Positions 40,862 through 51,310 are shown, numbered from the stretch's first letter. The stretch: DNA of 64,000 nucleotides from an uncultured Rivularia sp. (GCA_963665115.1 OY762007.1:2560001-2624000); one strand, 5' to 3'. A program made the numbers and translations. The notes: a model not told the origin generated them from the letters alone.

Positions 40862-42251
40862 ATGCTGCTAACCATCTCCACCACTCACCAACCAGCAACC
40901 GATTTGGGTTATCTTCTACACAAACACCCAAGTCGCTGTCAATCGTTTTCGCTTTCTTTTGGGGAAGCACACGTTTTCTACCCGGAAGCAAACAACGAAC
41001 AATGCACCGCAGCACTTTTATTAGATATCAATCCAGTAAAATTAGTTAGAAAAAGAACTTTGACGCTGGATGCTTATGTAAACGATCGCCCTTATGTGGC
41101 TTCTTCATTTTTCAGCGTGGCAATATCTCAAGTATTTGGTACTGCTTTAGGTGGGCGTTGCAAGGATAAACCGGAGTTAGTTGAAACTCCCATTCCGTTA
41201 GTAGCAAAAATATCGGTTTTACCTTGTCATGGGGGTGAACATTTTTTACGAGAATTGTTTGAACCTTTGGGTTATCAGGTAGCTTTGCAGAATTACCCTT
41301 TAGATGAAACTTTCCCGGAATGGGGAGAAAGTAAATATTTCACAGTTGAATTAGAAAATACCTTACCGCTTTCGCTTTTACTCAGCCATCTTTATGTTTT
41401 GATACCAGTTTTAGATAACAATAAACATTACTGGGTAGACGAAGAAGAAGTAGAAAAATTATTGCGTCACGGGGAAGGTTGGTTAAAGGAACATCCATTA
41501 AAAGAAGAGATTACCAAACGCTATTTAAAACGTCAGTATCGTTTGACTCGCTCTGCTTTAGCACAACTAACAGAACCCAGCGAAACCAGATCCAGATAGT
41601 GCTGAAGAAAATCATGATAAAGAAGAAGCAGCGGTAGAAAAACCATTAAGTTTAAATCAGCAGCGTTTGAATTCAGTAGTAGAAGTTTTAAAGAAAAATA
41701 ATGCCAAAAAAATCGTTGATTTAGGTTGCGGACAAGGTAATTTACTAAAAAAACTTTTAAAAGACAGTTATTTTGAAAAAATTACCGGGGTAGACGTTTC
41801 CTATCGCTCTTTAGAAATTACCAAAGAAAGATTAGACAGATTGCATTTACCACGCAACCAATGGGAAAAATTACAATTAATTCAAAGTGGTTTAACTTAT
41901 AGAGATAAACGGATTACCGGGTATGATGCAGCTGCGATAATTGAAGTAATAGAACATTTAGATTTACCCAGATTAAGCGCTTTTGAAAGAGTTTTATTTG
42001 AATTTGCCAAACCGCAAACCGTAATAGTTACCACACCAAACATTGAATATAACGTTAAATTTGAAAGCCTACCAGCGGGCACATTACGTCATAAAGATCA
42101 CCGTTTTGAATGGACAAGAGCAGAATTCCAAAAATGGGCAAAAGAAGTAGGAGAAAACTTTAGTTATAGCGTGGAATTTCAAAGTGTAGGTGAAGAAGAA
42201 TTAGAAGTAGGTTCCCCCACGCAAATGGCAGTTTTTTCAGTTATCAATTAA
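40862..42251 (+). CDS. hen1: Bacterial Hen1: 3'-terminal RNA 2'-O-methyltransferase and ligase activator (+1 frameshift near 41584)
   Basis: MLLTIST..PATDLGYLLHKHP, YVNDRPYVASS; C-domain DLGCGQG, EVIEH, TTPN.EYN, RHKDHRFEW. Confidence 0.93.
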
Positions 42252-42431
42252 CAATTAAGGTTCGTAGTAAGGGCTTTAGCCCTCTTCATGCAACCAACGT
42301 TAATGATAATACATATAAATCGTGTAGAGACGTAGCAGTGCTACGTCTCCCCGTATTTTAAGTTGTATAGAGAATTTAATAAAATATATTACGCTCCCAG
42401 AAGAAGGGCTGAAGCCCTTACTACAAACAAA

Positions 42432-42881
42432 ATGCAAGCAATCATATTTATCGGTATCCAAGGAGCGGGTAAGTCAACTTTTTACCGCGAATACTTTGTT
42501 GATACCCATATCAGAATTAATCTTGATATGCTCAAAACACGTCATCGAGAAAAACTAATATTTGAAGCTTGTTTGTCAGCAAAACAGCGATTAGTTATAG
42601 ATAACACCAATCCAACTGTAGAAGATAGGAAACGGTATATTACACCAGCTAAAGCACAAGGTTTTCAAGTGTTAGCATATTATTTTAATTCAGAATTGGT
42701 CGATTGCAAACAACGCAACAGCCAACGCTCTGGCAAAAAAGTAATTCCCTTAGTAGGAATATTATCAACTTATAAAAAACTGGTTTTACCTAGTTACACC
42801 GAAGGATTTGATGCAATATACTCGGTAAAAACCCGTCCAGATTATTCATTTATTCTTGAGGAGTGGAACCGTGAAATTTGA
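42432..42881 (+). CDS. Stand-alone P-loop kinase of the polynucleotide kinase (AAA_33) type
   Basis: GIQGAGKSTF, INLDML, VIDNTN...R, RN..R lid, EGFD; start at ATG 42432 because the upstream extension is repeat DNA. Confidence 0.85.
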   Translation: MQAIIFIGIQGAGKSTFYREYFVDTHIRINLDMLKTRHREKLIFEACLSAKQRLVIDNTNPTVEDRKRYITPAKAQGFQVLAYYFNSELVDCKQRNSQRSGKKVIPLVGILSTYKKLVLPSYTEGFDAIYSVKTRPDYSFILEEWNREI

Positions 42882-43629
42882 TGAACTTGATACTAAAATG
42901 CGGGTATTTGAAACCGCTCACGATTATTGCGTATTACCGGGAATTTATATAGTAGCCAGATTGGATGGACGGGGTTTTACTCGTTTAACAAAAGACGTGC
43001 ATAAATTTAAAGCACCCTATGACGAACGTTTTCGAGACTATATGTTAGATACCGTAGAACATTTAATGAATAGCGGCTTTGATGTTACTTACGGTTACAC
43101 TCAGAGCGATGAAATCTCCTTATTATTTAACTTAGAAGATGAAACATTTAATCGCAAAACTCGTAAAATAAACTCAGTTTTAGCAGGAGAAGCTAGCGCT
43201 AAATTTTCATTACTTTTAGGAGATATAGGTTGTTTTGACTGTCGGATTTCTCAACTTGCGAATATTCAACAAGTAATAGACTATTTCCGCTGGAGACAGC
43301 AAGATGCTCATCGGAATTCGCTCAATTCTCACAGTTATTGGTGTTTGCGTGGAGATGGAGAAACAGCCCGTAAAGCTACTAGTATTATGGAGGGTTTATC
43401 AGTAGCCGATAAAAACGAATTATTATTTAAACATGGAGTTAATTTTAACGAATTACCCAATTGGCAAAAACGCGGAATAGGTTTGTATTGGGAAGAATAC
43501 GAAAAAGAAGGATATAACCCAATTAAAGATGAAACTGTTTTTACAACGAGACGACGGATAAAAAGGGAATTGGATTTACCGATGAAGGATGATTATAGTG
43601 AATTTATTCGAGGATTATTTGCTAGTTGA
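42871..43629 (+). CDS. Thg1-like protein (tRNA-His guanylyltransferase / 3'-5' RNA polymerase family)
   Basis: RLDGRGF, YTQSDEIS, FDCR, YFRWRQ.DA.RN, GVNFN.LP.WQKRG; GTG start after GAGGAG, overlapping the kinase stop. Confidence 0.93.
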   Translation: MKFDELDTKMRVFETAHDYCVLPGIYIVARLDGRGFTRLTKDVHKFKAPYDERFRDYMLDTVEHLMNSGFDVTYGYTQSDEISLLFNLEDETFNRKTRKINSVLAGEASAKFSLLLGDIGCFDCRISQLANIQQVIDYFRWRQQDAHRNSLNSHSYWCLRGDGETARKATSIMEGLSVADKNELLFKHGVNFNELPNWQKRGIGLYWEEYEKEGYNPIKDETVFTTRRRIKRELDLPMKDDYSEFIRGLFAS

Positions 43630-43708
43630 AATTATCGCAATCGTATATGTTTTTGTATTTGACATATTTAGAAACCCGATTTTTTGAACAAACCGGGTTT
43701 ATTTATTC

Positions 43709-45139
43709 TCATGAGTGATTTATAAATAAAGTTTTAAATCTCATGTCATTGCGAATATTTTCAAAAAATGACTCGTTATTTGCTTTTTCGCGGAACTCTT
43801 CAGGATTAATATATATAGCAATTTGTAGATTTTCAACTGCTAAATCTATTTTATTTAAAGCCACATAACAACAAGCTTTATCATATAAAATATTTGGTTG
43901 GTTTGGACGCAAATCTAAAGCTTTGTCGAAAAATAAAATTGCTTCCTCATTTCTTTCTAATTTCTGGAGTACCGAACCATAAATTTTCCATGCTAGATCG
44001 TAATTTGGATTAATTTCTATTGCTTTATTTAAGGCTATAATTGCATCTTCGTTCCGTGCTAGTTTATGAAGTGTGTAACCCCTAAAGCAATGTGCTACAT
44101 AGTTTTGTGAGTCAATTTCTATTACTTTATCAAAAACTGCAATTGCATCTTCATATTTTTCTGATTTACCTAGTGTTGTTCCTAGCCGATTCCGAGCTTG
44201 GCAATTTTGAGGTTCTAATTTTATCACCTTTTTAAAGGTATTAATTGTATCTTCTAACTGTCCTAAACGATATAGGATGTTAGCCTTTTTATATAAAGCA
44301 TCTGGGGAATTCGGCTGAATCTCTATTGCTTGCTCAAAACAAGCTAAAGCGGATTCTAATTTTCCTAAATCTAATAATGCAACACCTTTGTGATACCAAG
44401 CTAAGTATAAATTTGGTTTGAACTCGATTGCTTTATCAAAGCAAATAATTGCATCTTCTAATTTTCCCAAGTTATCTAGCGTATAACCTTTCTCATACCA
44501 AGCATTTGCATCATTAGGATGTATTTGTATTACTTTTTCAAAAGAAGTTAAAGCGGATTCTAATTTTCCTAAATCAAATAACGCAATACCTCTGTGATAC
44601 CAAGCTAAGTCATAATCTGGTTTGAACTTGATTGCTTTATCAAAGCACATAACTGCATTTTCTAATTTCCCTAATTCATACAGTGTCAAACCTTTCTCAT
44701 ACCAAGCTTTAGGATAATTAGGCTTTATTAGAATGAGTTTTTCAAAACTAATCAATGCTGCCTCTAATTTTTTTTGTTCAAAAAGCACATCACCCCGTAA
44801 TAGCAAAGCTTTGAGGTAATCTGGCTGAATTTCTATAGCTATATCTATGCTGGAGAGTGCTTCTTGTAATTTTCCGAGTTTAAATAAAGTTACCCCCCGC
44901 TCATACCAAACATAAGGAGAATCCGATGAATGTGCGATCGCCCTTTCAAAATCAATCAGCGCTTCTTCAAAATCTTCTAAACCTTGTAGTGCCATTCCCC
45001 TAAAGACAAGAGCATCATAAGCATTTGGCTCAGATTCTAAAATTTGATTGTAAATTAATAATGCCTCTTCAAAGCGCTTTAATTCGATGAGAGTTACCCC
45101 TAAATGATGCAACCCTTCCCAACTATCAGATAAATTCAT
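43709..45139 (-). CDS. TPR-repeat protein
   Basis: About 12 tandem 34-aa TPR units; C-terminal YDKACCY. Confidence 0.92.
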   Translation of the reverse strand: MNLSDSWEGLHHLGVTLIELKRFEEALLIYNQILESEPNAYDALVFRGMALQGLEDFEEALIDFERAIAHSSDSPYVWYERGVTLFKLGKLQEALSSIDIAIEIQPDYLKALLLRGDVLFEQKKLEAALISFEKLILIKPNYPKAWYEKGLTLYELGKLENAVMCFDKAIKFKPDYDLAWYHRGIALFDLGKLESALTSFEKVIQIHPNDANAWYEKGYTLDNLGKLEDAIICFDKAIEFKPNLYLAWYHKGVALLDLGKLESALACFEQAIEIQPNSPDALYKKANILYRLGQLEDTINTFKKVIKLEPQNCQARNRLGTTLGKSEKYEDAIAVFDKVIEIDSQNYVAHCFRGYTLHKLARNEDAIIALNKAIEINPNYDLAWKIYGSVLQKLERNEEAILFFDKALDLRPNQPNILYDKACCYVALNKIDLAVENLQIAIYINPEEFREKANNESFFENIRNDMRFKTLFINHS

Positions 45140-45281
45140 TTTAGATTTTAAAGTGTCTTATGAAAAAAGAAGTAAATTTAATTGAATTTATTTATTTATA
45201 ACAGAATTTAAATGTATTTATTACAATGCTAAAACTGCTTAATTAAAAAAATATATATTCTTAACTTTAAGGTATAAAAAA

Positions 45282-45617
45282 ATGAATTATTCAGAAGATA
45301 AATACAGAATATGGCTCGAACTTGATGAATATAATATCGAATTAGATAAAAGTTTTGATGAAGAGTACTGTAATGCCATAATATCTTCCCCCAATAGTGT
45401 AGATATTGGTCTAAATGTTTGGAGAGAAAAATACTTTAAAAAAAATATTAATAATCTTGATTTGATAGAGAAAGAGTTTACGACATTGCCAGATATTATT
45501 GTGAAGAATTATCAAGCATCTTCGATTAGGGAAGCTATGATTAACTTAATCGAAAACTTAATCGAAAAACAAAACTTGATTGAGGGAAGAGTTTTTTGTA
45601 TTTTACCTGGCGACTAG
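45282..45617 (+). CDS. Hypothetical acidic protein (possibly immunity-like)
   Basis: 111-aa AT-rich ORF; stop lies inside a dispersed repeat. Confidence 0.55.
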   Translation: MNYSEDKYRIWLELDEYNIELDKSFDEEYCNAIISSPNSVDIGLNVWREKYFKKNINNLDLIEKEFTTLPDIIVKNYQASSIREAMINLIENLIEKQNLIEGRVFCILPGD

Positions 45618-45714
45618 AAGTCGCGGCTACACAAACAAAACCCCTCTCTACCTCTTACCTCCGCGCCCTCCGCGCTTCTGCGGTTATTATATTCTTATTA
45701 TTCTAAAACAAACT

Positions 45715-48309
45715 ATGAAAATAACTATCCCCGAACTATCTTTAGTAACGCTCATCGGTGCATCTGGTTCCGGTAAATCAAGCTTTGCCAAAAAACACTT
45801 CCAACCTTTTGAAGTCATATCTTCAGATTTTTGTCGCGGATTGGTTTCCAACGACGAAAACAGCCAGGATGCTTCCCGCGATGCTTTCGACGTACTCCAT
45901 TACATCGCTCAAAAACGTTTAGCAGCAGCCAAACTAACAGTAATTGACGCAACCAACGTTCAAAAAGAAGACAGAAAATATTATGTAAACTTAGCAAGAG
46001 AATATCATTGTTTACCAGTTGCTATAGTTTTAAATTTACCCGAAAACGTCTGCCATCAACGCAACCAACAACGTCCAAGTAGACAATTTGGTTCTTACGT
46101 AGTTCAGCGTCACGTGCAAAATTTAAGACGTTCTTTACGCGGTTTACAAAAAGAAGGTTTTCGCTATGTTTACGTGCTTAATTCAATCGAAGAAATCGCA
46201 GCCGTCACAATCGAACGTCAACCATTATGGAACAATCGTAAACACGAACACGGTCCATTTGATATTATTGGTGATATTCACGGTTGCTGCGACGAATTAG
46301 AATTACTATTAGAAAAACTAGGCTACCAAAAATCAGTTAACAATAATAACTCTACCCCCTCTACCCCCTCTACCCCCTCTCCTCTCTACTCCCACCCCCA
46401 AGGACGAAAAGCCCTATTCCTCGGCGATTTAGTAGATAGAGGTCCCCGGATTCTTGATACTGTCAAACTTGTAAAAAACATGGTTCAATCGGGTACGGCG
46501 ATTTGCGTTCCCGGTAATCATGAAAACAAACTTTTGCGCCAAATTCGCGGTAAAAAAGTTAAGCTGAATCACGGTTTAGAGCAAACTGTCGCCGAAATCG
46601 AAGCTTTATCTGAGGAAGTAAAAGAACCATTACTTAAAGAATTAGAACAGTTTATCGACTCTTTGGTAAGTCATTTTGTCCTAGATGATGGACGCTTGGT
46701 AGTAGCTCATGCGGGAATGCGTGAAGAAATGCAGGGAAGGGGTTCGGGAAAAGTGCGGAGTTTTGCGCTGTATGGTGAAACCACCGGCGAAATCGATGAA
46801 TTCGGCTTACCCGTGCGCTACGATTGGGCTTCCGAATATCGCGGTGAAGCGATGGTGGTTTACGGACATACACCAGTACCGGAAGCGGAATGGTTGAATA
46901 ATACGATTGATATTGATACGGGTTGCGTGTTTGGGGGTAAATTAACTGCTTTGCGCTATCCGGAAAGGGAGTTGATTAGCGTAGAAGCAGCGAAGGTTTA
47001 CTGCGAACCCGTGAAACCTTTAGGTAATATAACAGGTGCGGGAATCAGTTCCCAGCAGCAGTTAGATGATGTTTTAAATATTGATGATGTCTTGGGTAAG
47101 CGGATTATTAATGTCCGTCTGCAAAACAAGATTACCATTCGCGAAGAAAATTCCATTGCTGCTTTGGAAGTGATGAGTCGGTTTGCAGCAAATCCCAAAT
47201 GGTTGATTTACCTTCCTCCTACAATGTCACCCGTGGAAACTTCTCAACTACCCGGATATTTGGAGCATCCAAAACAAGCTTTTGCTTATTATAAAAACCA
47301 AGGAGTTACTGAAGTTATTTGCGAAGAAAAACACATGGGTTCGCGAGCGGTTGTTATTGTATGTCGCGACGAAGAAGCTGTTAAAAGAAAGTTTGGAATT
47401 GAGAATGAAGGAATCGGCATTTGCTACACTCGCACCGGAAGACGCTTTTTTAATAATTCGGAATTAGAAGTAGAATTTCTTGCAGAAGTAAATAAAGCGC
47501 TGAGTGAAAGTGACTTTTGGTCAAGATTAAATACTGATTGGGTATGTCTCGATTGCGAACTGATGCCCTGGTCTGCAAAAGCTCAAGGATTAATCCGAAG
47601 TCAATATGCAGCAGTCGGTGCAGCCTCCCGTCCGGCTTTAAGTAATGCCATAAATTTACTTGAGCAAGCCAGTCAAAACGGTATTGAAGTTAACTCTTTA
47701 CTTAGTAAATTTCAACAGCGTCAGGAAATGGCAAATCAATATGTAGACGCTTACCGTCGTTACTGCTGGGAAGTTAACGATATTTCCGATATCAAACTTG
47801 CACCATTTCATATTTTAGCTACAGAAGGTGCGGTACATATCGATAAAAATCATCGCTGGCATATGGAACAAGCTGCTATGTTAGAAAAAGCCAATCCCGA
47901 ACTATTAATGGCAACTAATTATAAAATTATAGATTTAAACGACCCCAGCAGCGAAGCAGAAGGAACCCATTGGTGGGAAGAAATGACAACTAAAGGTGGT
48001 GAAGGAATGGTTGTCAAACCGATGGAATTTATCGTTAAAGGTAAGCGTGGAATTTTGCAACCAGCAGTCAAATGTCGCGGTAAAGAATATCTGCGGATAA
48101 TTTACGGAGCGGAATATACAACTGAAGAGAACTTAGAACGTCTGCGGAAACGCGGGTTATCTTTGAAACGTTCCTTAGCGATGCGGGAATTTGCTTTAGG
48201 TGTGGAAGCACTGGAAAGATTTGTTGCAGAAGCGCCATTGAGAAGAGTGCATGAGTGCGTTTTTGGGGTTTTGGCTTTGGAGAGTGAAGCGGTTGATCCG
48301 AGGTTGTAA
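45715..48309 (+). CDS. pnkp: Bacterial polynucleotide kinase-phosphatase-ligase Pnkp
   Basis: Kinase GASGSGKS/DATN; metallophosphoesterase GDIHG, GDLVDRG, GNHE; ligase EEKHMGSR, GEGMVVKP; C-terminal ESEAVDPRL. Confidence 0.95.
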   Translation: MKITIPELSLVTLIGASGSGKSSFAKKHFQPFEVISSDFCRGLVSNDENSQDASRDAFDVLHYIAQKRLAAAKLTVIDATNVQKEDRKYYVNLAREYHCLPVAIVLNLPENVCHQRNQQRPSRQFGSYVVQRHVQNLRRSLRGLQKEGFRYVYVLNSIEEIAAVTIERQPLWNNRKHEHGPFDIIGDIHGCCDELELLLEKLGYQKSVNNNNSTPSTPSTPSPLYSHPQGRKALFLGDLVDRGPRILDTVKLVKNMVQSGTAICVPGNHENKLLRQIRGKKVKLNHGLEQTVAEIEALSEEVKEPLLKELEQFIDSLVSHFVLDDGRLVVAHAGMREEMQGRGSGKVRSFALYGETTGEIDEFGLPVRYDWASEYRGEAMVVYGHTPVPEAEWLNNTIDIDTGCVFGGKLTALRYPERELISVEAAKVYCEPVKPLGNITGAGISSQQQLDDVLNIDDVLGKRIINVRLQNKITIREENSIAALEVMSRFAANPKWLIYLPPTMSPVETSQLPGYLEHPKQAFAYYKNQGVTEVICEEKHMGSRAVVIVCRDEEAVKRKFGIENEGIGICYTRTGRRFFNNSELEVEFLAEVNKALSESDFWSRLNTDWVCLDCELMPWSAKAQGLIRSQYAAVGAASRPALSNAINLLEQASQNGIEVNSLLSKFQQRQEMANQYVDAYRRYCWEVNDISDIKLAPFHILATEGAVHIDKNHRWHMEQAAMLEKANPELLMATNYKIIDLNDPSSEAEGTHWWEEMTTKGGEGMVVKPMEFIVKGKRGILQPAVKCRGKEYLRIIYGAEYTTEENLERLRKRGLSLKRSLAMREFALGVEALERFVAEAPLRRVHECVFGVLALESEAVDPRL

Positions 48310-48461
48310 GGGGATAAATTTCTTGTGATGTAGGCATTTTGCTTGCTCATGAGAATACCTTTACTGTAAAGTTATAAACAAAACGATTTAAAGCATCTTG
48401 CGAAATTTGAGTTGGACATTTAAACTCTAATCCATATGGATTTGGGGAGAGTGGAAGTATT

Positions 48462-49935
48462 GTGACTGTACTCGCAGGGCGCTATGAAATTACTAAGAAA
48501 TTAGATGAAGGTGGTTTTGGAATAACTTTTCTTGCTAGGGATACTATGCAACCTAGTCAACCCCTGTGTGTAGTTAAGAAATTAAGTCATAATCAAACTA
48601 ATCCAGAGTTTATAAAGCGAATAACTGAAAAATTTAAACAAGAAGCTAATATTTTAGAAAAATTGGGAATACATACCCAGATACCCCAGTTACTGGCCTA
48701 TTTTCAGCAACATAGTAATTTCTATATTGTTCAAGAATTTATTGAAGGGCAAAATATAGAAAAAGAAATCTTAGGAAACAAACGAAATGAAGTTTATGTT
48801 CGTAATTTGTTACAAGAAGTTTTAAAAGTATTATCATTCGTACATCAGCAAGGAGTAATTCATTTAGATATTAAACCCGCAAACCTGATGCGTAGTCGAA
48901 AAGATGGCAGAATTTTTCTAATTGACTTTGGGGCAGTCAAAGAATTGATGTTAAATACCCAAGGAAAATTCGCTTCAAGTGCGCGAACAAGTTTACCGAT
49001 TGGTACCCCTGGATATATGCCAACCGAACAGAGTTTAGGTCAACCTCGTTTTGCAAGTGATGTTTATGCAGTCGGAATGACTGCGATCGCAGCTTTGAGT
49101 GGAGTTCAACCTCACGAATTAGAAGAAGATCCTCATACAGGTGAAGTCATTTGGTCGAACCAAGCGCAAGTCAGCAAGGATTTAGCAGAAGTTATTACCA
49201 AAATGGTGCGCCGTCATCATAGTCTGCGCTACACCTCAGCAGAAGATGCATTACAAGCCTTAAACTCATTGCGACCCTTTAACACCTTATGTTTCAACAC
49301 CACAACAAACATCATCAAAGCCGCAAAGACAACCAGCGCCGACACCAGTAGTGTCAAAGGTATTGCAACAAAAACCACTAAATTTACCAAGCCAACTAAC
49401 GCCGAAGCCTTTAAAAACACTATTAACACCAACAATTCCCTCACATAACACACAGAATGACTTCCCTCGTCGGAAAATACTTGGATTTATTTTAGCTGGA
49501 GCCAGCTTAATTGCTGTTGGTTTGGTACCCATAATATCAAATAGTTCTATTAAAGCAAGGATATACGAAGGTAAATCTTATGCTGGTTCTATGAATCGTA
49601 CCCAACAAGCTTACTACGTTGAAAATAATAAATTCGCTTCAAATATTAAACACTTGAGACTAGGTATCAAATTGAAAAAAAATGATTACAGTGTTAAAAC
49701 CGTGCCGCAATCCAATGATAAAAGTGTAATGAATATCGTTCAAGCTAAGGACAAAAAGCTTAAGAGTTATATTGGGTTAGTTTATTTCAGAAAATTAGGT
49801 GATCGAGATGACTTGCTTGCCAAACTTTGCGAAACCAGCCAATCTTTATCTAAACCCCCTGTAATGCCCAAATTAGCTAAAAATGCGAAATATGATGATA
49901 TAAAATGTCCGTCGGGTTTTAAAGCTATCCTATAG
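48462..49935 (+). CDS. Ser/Thr kinase with TM helix and C-terminal pilin-like (Pilin_GH) domain (+1 frameshift near 49280)
   Basis: HLDIKPAN, DFG, GTPGY; second frame has a TM helix and EGKSY.GSMNR.QQAYY.E. Confidence 0.8.
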
Positions 49936-49971
49936 CTGTATACTTTACCTGTTAATTAACTAAAAAATTCA

Positions 49972-50280
49972 ATGGAAATTCTACCCAAACAATGGGCGGA
50001 TATTCAACCGGATGAAATTCACGAGACAACTGATGGATTACTAGTTTCCTTCAGCCCAGAACAAATTAAACTAGGATTAAAGTACGACCAAAATAGCAAA
50101 CATCTAAAAGCAATTGAAAAAGGAATTGTTCCACCACGAGGTAATATCGGACTTGTACCTTCCCAAGAAGTAGATTTCGATTTGAAATCAAAAGTGTTGG
50201 GTAAAGGAGGCGATAAACGTTTTCACGCACAATTTATAGATGAAGTATTACACTTCCCCGGTTTGGTAACAGAACATTAA
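49972..50280 (+). CDS. Hypothetical protein; candidate RelE/BECR-like RNase toxin domain
   Basis: KGIVPPRG..G...K.KVLGKGGD.RF...F....H resembles polymorphic toxin tip domains (from memory). Confidence 0.5.
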   Translation: MEILPKQWADIQPDEIHETTDGLLVSFSPEQIKLGLKYDQNSKHLKAIEKGIVPPRGNIGLVPSQEVDFDLKSKVLGKGGDKRFHAQFIDEVLHFPGLVTEH

Positions 50281-50289
50281 TTCAAACAT

Positions 50290-50658
50290 ATGACTTTTGT
50301 AGAATTAAAAAATCACCCAGTTTGGCATGATTTTACTGAAGTATTAGAAAACATAGATGCCAATGCATTAATCAAAGAACATTTAGAATTATCCGATTAT
50401 AAAATTTGCGGTTACTGGGATGAAAACGATAATTATTATGAAGAAATTATTCTCCCAAATAACTTAGACACAGAATTAATCAGTAGTTCTATCGGTGTGA
50501 ATCGAAATCAAAAATTTATTCAATTGGAATTTGTTGTTGAAAATAAACTTAATAATCAGATAAGAATTGGTGAATTAATTTTAATCTATGATGAAAATCT
50601 GGAATTCGTTAATGAAAATTGGTCTTTAGATACCGATTTTTTAGAAACTGCTAATTAA
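50290..50658 (+). CDS. Hypothetical acidic protein; candidate immunity protein or antitoxin
   Basis: Starts 9 bp after the previous ORF; strongly acidic; IGELILIYDENLEF.NENW tail. Confidence 0.5.
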   Translation: MTFVELKNHPVWHDFTEVLENIDANALIKEHLELSDYKICGYWDENDNYYEEIILPNNLDTELISSSIGVNRNQKFIQLEFVVENKLNNQIRIGELILIYDENLEFVNENWSLDTDFLETAN

Positions 50659-50679
50659 ATTATTTAAATTAACATCTTT

Positions 50680-50820
50680 GTAGGGTGTGTTATCGCCTAA
50701 GCGTAACGCACCTTTTTGATTAAATTAATTCATAATCCAATATTAAAAACGGTGCGTTAGCCGCGAAAACAAATTAGTTTGTCACTTAATAATTATCTTT
50801 CGCGTCATAACACACCCTAC
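50680..50820. repeat. Inverted pair of GTAGGGTGTGTTA...TAACGCACC repeats
   Basis: Related copies at about 35288-35320 and 39952; the right arm supplies the msrA stop codon. Confidence 0.65.
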
Positions 50821-51302
50821 TTTTTTTCCGCCTCTCTCCGCTTCATCTCCTCCAAATTCTTCTTTTCAAAATACTGCTGATGCTCATCACTTGCCAACCA
50901 ATAATCCGAAGCTGCTTTTATCTCCGTCACAACATCTCTTTCATACTTCCCCGAATCCTGTAATTTCTGAAAAGAATTTCTCGCCATTACTTCTTGCTCG
51001 GAGTTATGAAAAAATATTACAGAACGATATTGTTCTCCTCTATCCGGCCCTTGACGATTTAAACTTGTAGGGTCGTGAATCTTCCAAAATACTTCTAATA
51101 ATTCATCGTAACTAATAATAGAAGCATCATATTCCACTTGTGTAACTTCAGCGTGCCCCGTAATTCTGGAAACCACATCGAGATAACAGGGATTTTCAAA
51201 ATGTCCCCCCATATATCCAACAGAAGTAGAAGTAACACCGTTTAATCTTTGAAAAGCAGCTTCAACTCCCCAAAAACAACCCGCACCAAATGTAGCTTTC
51301 AT
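50817..51302 (-). CDS. msrA: Peptide-methionine (S)-S-oxide reductase
   Basis: GAGCFWGVE, TGHAE, HDPT..NRQG.D.G.QYRS, HQQY. Confidence 0.95.
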   Translation of the reverse strand: MKATFGAGCFWGVEAAFQRLNGVTSTSVGYMGGHFENPCYLDVVSRITGHAEVTQVEYDASIISYDELLEVFWKIHDPTSLNRQGPDRGEQYRSVIFFHNSEQEVMARNSFQKLQDSGKYERDVVTEIKAASDYWLASDEHQQYFEKKNLEEMKRREAEKK

Positions 51303-51310
51303 AGTGATTC

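Noticed and set aside
45815..48350. Short ORFs overlapping pnkp (and similar ones inside other long genes)
   Set aside because: They are alternative-frame or antisense ORFs with no motifs, inside well-supported genes.
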